Assembly (NCBI GenBank): GCA_040954595.2
Contig: CM082596.2
Coordinates: 6,584,791-6,648,790 of the forward strand
DNA: 64,000 nucleotides
Direction of reading: 5' to 3'
Source of the DNA: Balanoglossus misakiensis
Lineage: Eukaryota > Animalia > Hemichordata
The position numbers were made by a program, and so were the translations under genes. The notes under the pieces are model-generated. The model searched no databases. It had not been told where the DNA came from and was given only the letters and a program-made list of their open reading frames with translations. The stretch's first letter is position 1. The number at the start of each line of letters is the position of its first letter. Shown here piece by piece: positions 57,239 through 64,000 of the stretch.

Positions 57239-60200
57239 TCAAGCCGAGGGTTCCATTATGCCAGTGTCCACTCGATTAGTAATTCGACCCTGTAAAAACG
57301 AAAATGAAAATTTACTCCATACAAATTAGTATCAATGTGATACTAAACCACAAGCAATATTTCTTGCCTGATAACAAATAAAATCGGATGTACATTTAGT
57401 ATTTACTCAGTGTATACGAAAAGCTTTCGACTGCTTTTCCCCAATTGCATTCGTCCTTACACAGGGAAAATACCGAGCCGTTGCTCAGTTTTCGAAACTT
57501 AGAACTTCTCATAATCTGCCATTATTTACATTCAAAATGGCTGTCAGATGGTGCATCTATAAATGAAAATGTGTTGTTTTTAATTGTCTTAGAAGCCAAT
57601 AGCATGACGAGTTATTTCTTAAACCACGCACACACATAGCCTTACTTACGACTGTAAACAGATGGTCTATGACTTTAGACCGCTCACTCTTCATCGTGGA
57701 CGCAAGTAGTCGATGTTGCTTCCTGTTTCTGGCAATCTCGTTGGCTCGCGACAGTGCTTCGCGTTGAATTGCTAATCTTGTCTCCTCTGTCTCCTGGTAC
57801 TCATTGAGGGCGTCCTTGTAATCTTCATCACCACAGAGTCGTATGCGGATCGCCACCAGAACCTGGGTCAATAAAATTCAGTAAGGTTAGAGGGCCAATA
57901 TCTGCAATTTCTGATTATATTTTCAGTAGTTTTGTTTGTGTATCATCAACCGTTTTTGCTCTCCTCCCTTACCCAGTGTTCTGTGAACAGCCAATGATTA
58001 TAGCCAGTGGATCTTTAATATGAAGTCCAAACCTCTCACTGATTGCACTAATAGATGACTTATATTAATTATCATAATGCGTTCACAGTGTGAACTCTCC
58101 TTTGGCCTTGTGAGAAATTTGCCATCTGCTCCTGCTAAGTACTGCCTTCAAGTACTGGGCCCATGCCATTATTGAATAAGTACCAAAGTGTACACATGTA
58201 CCATGTAGGCATGGCTATGTGCCTCACATGCACTCAGTGTTAATTTTGGGTAAACAATTCTGTTGATAATTGATCAGCTCTATACCTACCTCCCTGTTGA
58301 TTGCAAAGTACCGAATGAATATCGATGACCCCTGTAATGTAAAAAAAATTAGAAAGGTGTAGTAATGGTGAAATAATATTTATTTGTTTAATTTCTGGAA
58401 ATTTAATTTCCATGTCCGAGATGACACTTGAATACTCACCTCGAAGAAAATGGCGAACGTGAAGATGTAGCCTAGCAACAGGTCGTCAGTGCTCGCTGCG
58501 TGGTAACCGATCACGCGCGTGATGACAAATGCGCTCAGCGTTAACGTTGTGGACACGATGTCGTCCCTGTAATTGCAAACAATGTGTGGAGTTAAATAAA
58601 AAAAAAAAGTGTGGAGTTAAAACAACACGTGGGATGTGGTCAGTGTACATTTAACACCACTTGCGTTTGATTTTAGCTCCTCCTAGCTTGTATCAGTCTG
58701 TTGTAATGAAGAACTAATGAATGAAACGCAAGAATATCTGTAGTAAACTTCGATCCGACTCCATTAAGTAATGCCGGGGTGAAAGTATAAGGGAAGCTAC
58801 ATTTCCAGCTGTTATTTCTAAAATCAAAGCATAAACATGTACGACAGCACATGAGTCCAAAGAAATGCGCACTCATCATAAAAACCAAGTCTTGTCGTAC
58901 CAGAGTCTCTCCGCCTCCTCAAGATCACATTTCGTCACGTATGCCAACAGTTGTCGGTATGCACGAACGAGGATAACAGCGCTGGCCTGTGTTATGGGAC
59001 CAAGGGGAAACAAATTGTTTTATCACTGAATTGCATGGTTTTTGCATATTTGAAACTAGCAGGTCCAGCTTTCAACTTAATTCACGCCTTCTGTCTGTAT
59101 GAAATCAATAGATGGCGTCTGTCAACAAATTTGCCCTCTTCCTTTACACAGACGTATGCCGCGATGAGAGGTATTTGCATAGCAACGTAATTATTGCAAC
59201 CACAACAACAACGTTCAGGAAAATTGGCAAATTGTGGAGAAATATTGTAAATAATGCAAATGCTATTACCATCATTGTTACGATGGTGATACCAACCAAA
59301 TAGGTCATCTTTTTCAAAGATGTCACGAGCCAGCAGCTGGAAAGTGATATATATAAATGTTTTATTAATTTTCATTTATATGTTCCTTATCATAATACAC
59401 ACGCAATTACTGCTTAATTAAAATTTGACAACGTGCCCTGATTTAAACGGTAGAGTGCACACGTTCCTATGGATACACTTAAAATGAGGCCAATTTACAA
59501 AATTGAAACTGCACGTGTAAAATGTACTGCAGAATCTAAAAGCCAAAGGACAGTAAAATACACCGACGACACTTTTACAGATTATTTTGGCGCTGACAAA
59601 CCTGGCCAAATCCTCATAATCCGGCAGTCCATTGACATAGCAGAACGCTACCATGAGAAAAGGTAACAGCCAGCCAGTAATGAAATAAGCAATCCTAGAA
59701 TAAACATATATAAATTATTAATGTTACTTTTGGATTATTCGTGCCCGGAATATCGCACATTACAAACGTGCTTATTAATTAAACTATCAATCTTGTGATA
59801 AAAAGTCTCACGTGATGTGTCAAAGATAATGTATTACGCATATTAATTATGCAGACCATATACTAGGCAATTTATGCCTCTGATAATAAATTTAAAATTG
59901 GGTTTGATATACACCAGGTGTCAAGAGGCTTAGGGTCTGGCGTAGCTAGGGTATGCAGACAGTCGTAATCTGATTTTAATTCGCCTTTAAAGACTGATAT
60001 TGTACTATTTTTTTCTGGGGATTGCCGTCAAATGACTTGGCGCTATCTCACCTTGCATATTTGTGCCTGTCAATGAACACCAATCGCAACGCCTGTTGTA
60101 CGCAAACATTGAGTATCCAGAAGGAATTGCTCAACAGCAAATAATCCACGAAGACGGCCATTTTTCGGCACGCTTCCTATGGAAGATATTTTCCCCATAA

Positions 60201-63200
60201 AATTATGGTCAGTGACCCTCACAGGGATGTCTTTTGAACACAGGAAAGTTTTGACTCTTGATTTGGTTATTTCTATACTGTACAGTGCCGGTGGTGCTTT
60301 GGCGGAGAAGGCGAGTGTATGATTTCCTACTCAGGTACACTGAGTATACTAGTGGTTATTTGTTTTCTGGATTGGCAAGTTCAGCTGGTGCTATTTTGTC
60401 AGATGAGACCCTGAATGTACGGAGGAGTCAGACTATGTGACGCTTTATGTTTTCAACATGACTTTAAATTGGGTTATGTTATGTACGTAACTGCAGAGAT
60501 TTCATGGTCGTTCGGAAATCAGTTTATCAGATTGAGTTGATGACGCAGACACTCATGCGTACCTTATTGTTGTCTTTGCCTTCGTCACATCCCTCAATGA
60601 AAGCGTATACACAAATGCAAAGAGGGAATAGGGCGAAGGACAGGACGGCTTGCCCCAGAACAATGTAGCGGTCTGAATTCAGACTGAAACACGGGAAAAA
60701 CGTTAATTAATTATTCAATATCTGTTTAATACGAGCAGTACGTCACATATGGTGCCTTCTTGAGTAAAAATGCAGATAGTATGACGCAATTAGATAAAAT
60801 GCATTTGTTTACATACCGAGCAATACACAGCATAATGAAAGTGAAAAATATAAGTATGGTTGAGAGACCGCTACCAATGCCCAAGAAAACTGTCCGAGCC
60901 GCGTGGAGGAATGGCTGCATTTTGAGAATAAAACAAACAAACAATGGAACCCTAGATTAATATCATCACGAAGATCTCTTTTATATTTGAGCCAATTTCC
61001 AAAGGTTTAACATACGTGTGGATCTAAACCTTCCTTTAGCCTGTGTATAAGTGGTCATCCATTTGAAATACCGTACATAATTGTCTTATATCGTTTAAGC
61101 CCATCATTTCCGTGTTGCCAGTCGTATCTCTTACCTTTGGTTCTTTGCCCATGGTCATTATCACTGCAAATGACCCAAGCCGGTAGCATCCACACTCCAC
61201 AAAGTTTCCGATGTCGTCATTTCCTCTGGTGAGAGTTTCGCACGTAACGGCATCCCATATCCTGCAGAGTGTAGACATTAAGATACGCACACAAGGTTAA
61301 TTCCCTATCTAAGAACCTCGCTCCTGTTTAAGCGGTTTCCAATAAATTCCCACTTTAGACTAAAACTCCATTTCGTGAATAGAGCCGTGATGGTTGTATC
61401 TAAAACCTGGACTGGACTATTGCATTGATCTAATCTCTTGTCTGTGTTAATTTACCCGTCGGTGGATATAGGTTGATGTGAACCTGTTATGCCTAGTGTG
61501 TGTGATAGCTAGTTTATAACCTAGTACATGTATGCATTTATACTCACCCGGTCCGTGCTGTAAGGTCAAGGAATGAGCACTTTGGCGCATACCCATCCTG
61601 CAGCAGAATAGACACTGTGGTCAGTGCGATATGCACTCGAATACCAAATTACCATTCTCTATCTATAAATAATCCGATTTCACTTATGGAACGGCCTGGA
61701 ATCTACACTACTTGTGACAACCGTATCTATAGCCACTGAATTGCACACAAACCACTTGGCTTTGCCTTAAACTAAAACAATGTAGGAAAAATACAATAAT
61801 TCGAACTGATATATTAAATGTGGAGGAAAACTTGCCTGCTTCTCGTATAACCTTACGACCGCGTATTCATCGCTGCTTTCAAACGCGTTCCCATCAGCTT
61901 TCGGGTGAAGAGACACGGAAAAGACGACGGTGTTCACAGTGTACACCTTCTTGATCGCCGTCACACTTTGAACCCATGTTCTCTCGGATGACCTGGCAGA
62001 ACAGGAATTTGGGAGGTCATTCCATATTAGGGAGAGTGGCAGGTGACGTCAAGTCGACCATGTGAGCAGGACGTAGATGTTACTATTTTCGAAACACCTT
62101 GGTCTTTTTGCCGGAGGTCCATCTTTCTTTCGCGAACTTGACTTTGTTCTGGTTGTTTTGTAGGTTAGGTTAGGTTATGTATTGTAAGTTTTGGGATTGT
62201 CTTTGCAACTGGTCATGTAAATAATGTATATTTGACATGTGAACTTTCAAATTGGCATATGGAATGGTGTGTTATTATTTTCAATGACTATAATCACCCA
62301 GTTTCAATGAATATACCCCTCAACTTAAAAGAGGCAAGTAGATCTTACTGTTTTGGTATGAAGTCGGGTGGTAAAACATCGCCAGGGTCTTTGATGATGA
62401 AAATGACCACCGCGTGTAATTCTGAAATGAAGAAGAAAAGGACCAATACTGTATAAAGAGTGTACTTTCCGAACTTCATGGACCAGACCATGGTGGTCAA
62501 GGGTTAAAACTGAAATATGAGCATTTGGGTTCGTGAACACACAGAATTTGTTTATTTGCAAGTGCTATTTTGCCACTTTTTTCGACTACAAAAAAACAAC
62601 AACACCATAGTTCTGTGCGGCAGTTTCATCAATATAATATGAACTTTACATTTCACCCAAGAATATGACATCATTACCTTCTGTTGAGTTTACCGATTGT
62701 AAAAATGATTCCGAGAACCGGATGTCGTCAGGCATTATATCCGTGCTATTGTCGCGTAAAACGGACACGTATCTCTTCTTTCTTGTCACTGCCGGTCCGG
62801 CGACAGAGTCGTAGTCAACAAAATAGCCCTTGACATCTGTGGAAACAGGAGTTTAAATGACAACCGTGTATGAAATTGGCCAGTTATTGTCATTGTCGCT
62901 GTGGCTTGTTGCTATATACCACTCCCTTGCGTCAAGACATACCCAAGGACCTCAGATTAGATTACTGGTACTCACACGAAAGGTATCCCCACCAGCGAGT
63001 GTGAGAAACCTTAATTATCACAGGTTCTTGGTGTGTGAGATTCTACTTCTCGATTACCAAAATATGAAAAATTCGGGTTTAAACTTCGTCGGGTATGTTC
63101 TGGTTTCTGTTCATACGTATTGCACATCGCAGCATTGGATGACACCTCACCCATGGTTATCCGTAACTGTATATTGTCTCCGATACAAATGTAGTAATAC

Positions 63201-63845
63201 AATGTATTTACCATAGCAACCTGAGATAAATCTTCTCCAATTTCAACTCGGGCATGCGAAAAAAACGCCTTTCCACCACATGATTGCATTTCATTTAACC
63301 GCTTGAGAGATGACAAAGTTATACTTGCCGATTTTCCTGCTCTTCAGGTAAACATTACGCCCAGTCCTGACCATGTACTGATAGACCGTTTCACTGAATG
63401 ATTCGATGGGTTGGAGCACTGTTGCTGCGCTTGTACTTGGTCCATACGTCTATCAATATACCCATGTGAATAAAAAACCCAGAGGAACTTCATAACATTG
63501 TATATGAAGAGTAATATATTGAAAAGATTTCATCAGCTTTCATAATGTATCTGGTCATTCTGTATGGCCAATTTCGCGCTACAGAAACCCCCCTCCCCCT
63601 CCCAGTGACGTATCCACCACTAAGAAATTTGATAAACTTCAGAAATTACATCATAAAGACCAAGCTTGGTATTTACACAATTTTAGGACAAGAATCCACC
63701 AAACTAGTCAGTTTCCTAAAGACCGGGAATTATTTTAATACCGGGTATAATACTATAATAATGTCTCGATACTTACACGGTACATGCTCTGCCATGTCTT
63801 CTGCAGATTTCCATCGAGAAGAAAACCACTTACTTCCAAGAAAGG
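57239..63845 (-). CDS. Adhesion-type GPCR (GAIN/GPS + 7TM), 3' part; gene continues off the right edge
   Basis: Exons 63845-63777 (FLEVSGFLLDGN..W, GAIN helix), 63449-63329, 62836-62678, 62421-62349, 61992-61836, 61597-61548 (PKCSF), 61261-61135 (GPS: W...C......VECGCYRLGSFAVIM), 60914-60817 (TM1), 60683-60563 (TM2), 60176-60052 (TM3), 59694-59602 (TM4 YFITGWLLP), 59336-59270 (CWL, TM5), 58986-58901, 58566-58440 (TM6-7), 58331-58290 (..NRE), 57862-57650 and 57289-57239. The last exon and two donor positions are less certain. Confidence 0.87.
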
Positions 63846-64000
63846 CTGAAACAAGGTCAAGAAAACAACCAAGATGATACGACTGACTGACTACGACAGG
63901 AATGCATCGGTGAGTACTCATTCACGGCGTATATAACAGTAAAACTTGACTAGACTGGGCACCACAGTAGTTTCTGTAATGGTCAAATGAACCTTGTTGA

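Noticed and set aside
59082-59269. Apparent premature stop in GPCR TM5 (pseudogene?)
   Set aside because: Resolved by the donor at 59269 and the exon 58986-58901; the 7TM frame is intact.

Overview
Eukaryotic (animal) genomic DNA, about 40% GC, intron-rich, with microsatellites. The gene content suggests a marine invertebrate deuterostome such as a hemichordate, amphioxus or echinoderm (inference only). The ORF track is mostly noise, but manual splicing (GT/GC..AG sites with matching phases) gives six multi-exon genes, all on the minus strand. Left to right: (1) the 5' part of a nicotinic acetylcholine receptor subunit (exons 3976-4048, 2381-2523, 102-146), running off the left edge; (2) a 358-aa secreted FN3-like + single VWD protein with a GDPH motif (9310-12102); (3) a 525-aa homologue of ColQ, the collagen tail of acetylcholinesterase, with an extra N-terminal VWC domain and a PRAD-like segment lacking the Cys-Cys pair (15048-28109); (4) a 988-aa PIDD1-like LRR-ZU5-ZU5-UPA protein with two tandem death domains and both HFS autoproteolysis motifs degenerate (41359-46785); (5) an 868-aa type I membrane SRCR-WSC-CUB-CUB-5xSushi receptor (49243-55859); (6) the 3' part of an adhesion GPCR with a non-canonical GPS (57239-63845), running off the right edge. 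The most notable candidate system is the invertebrate-type VWC-ColQ about 11 kb from a nAChR gene, a possible cholinergic-synapse gene neighbourhood. All gene models are manual predictions without transcript evidence.
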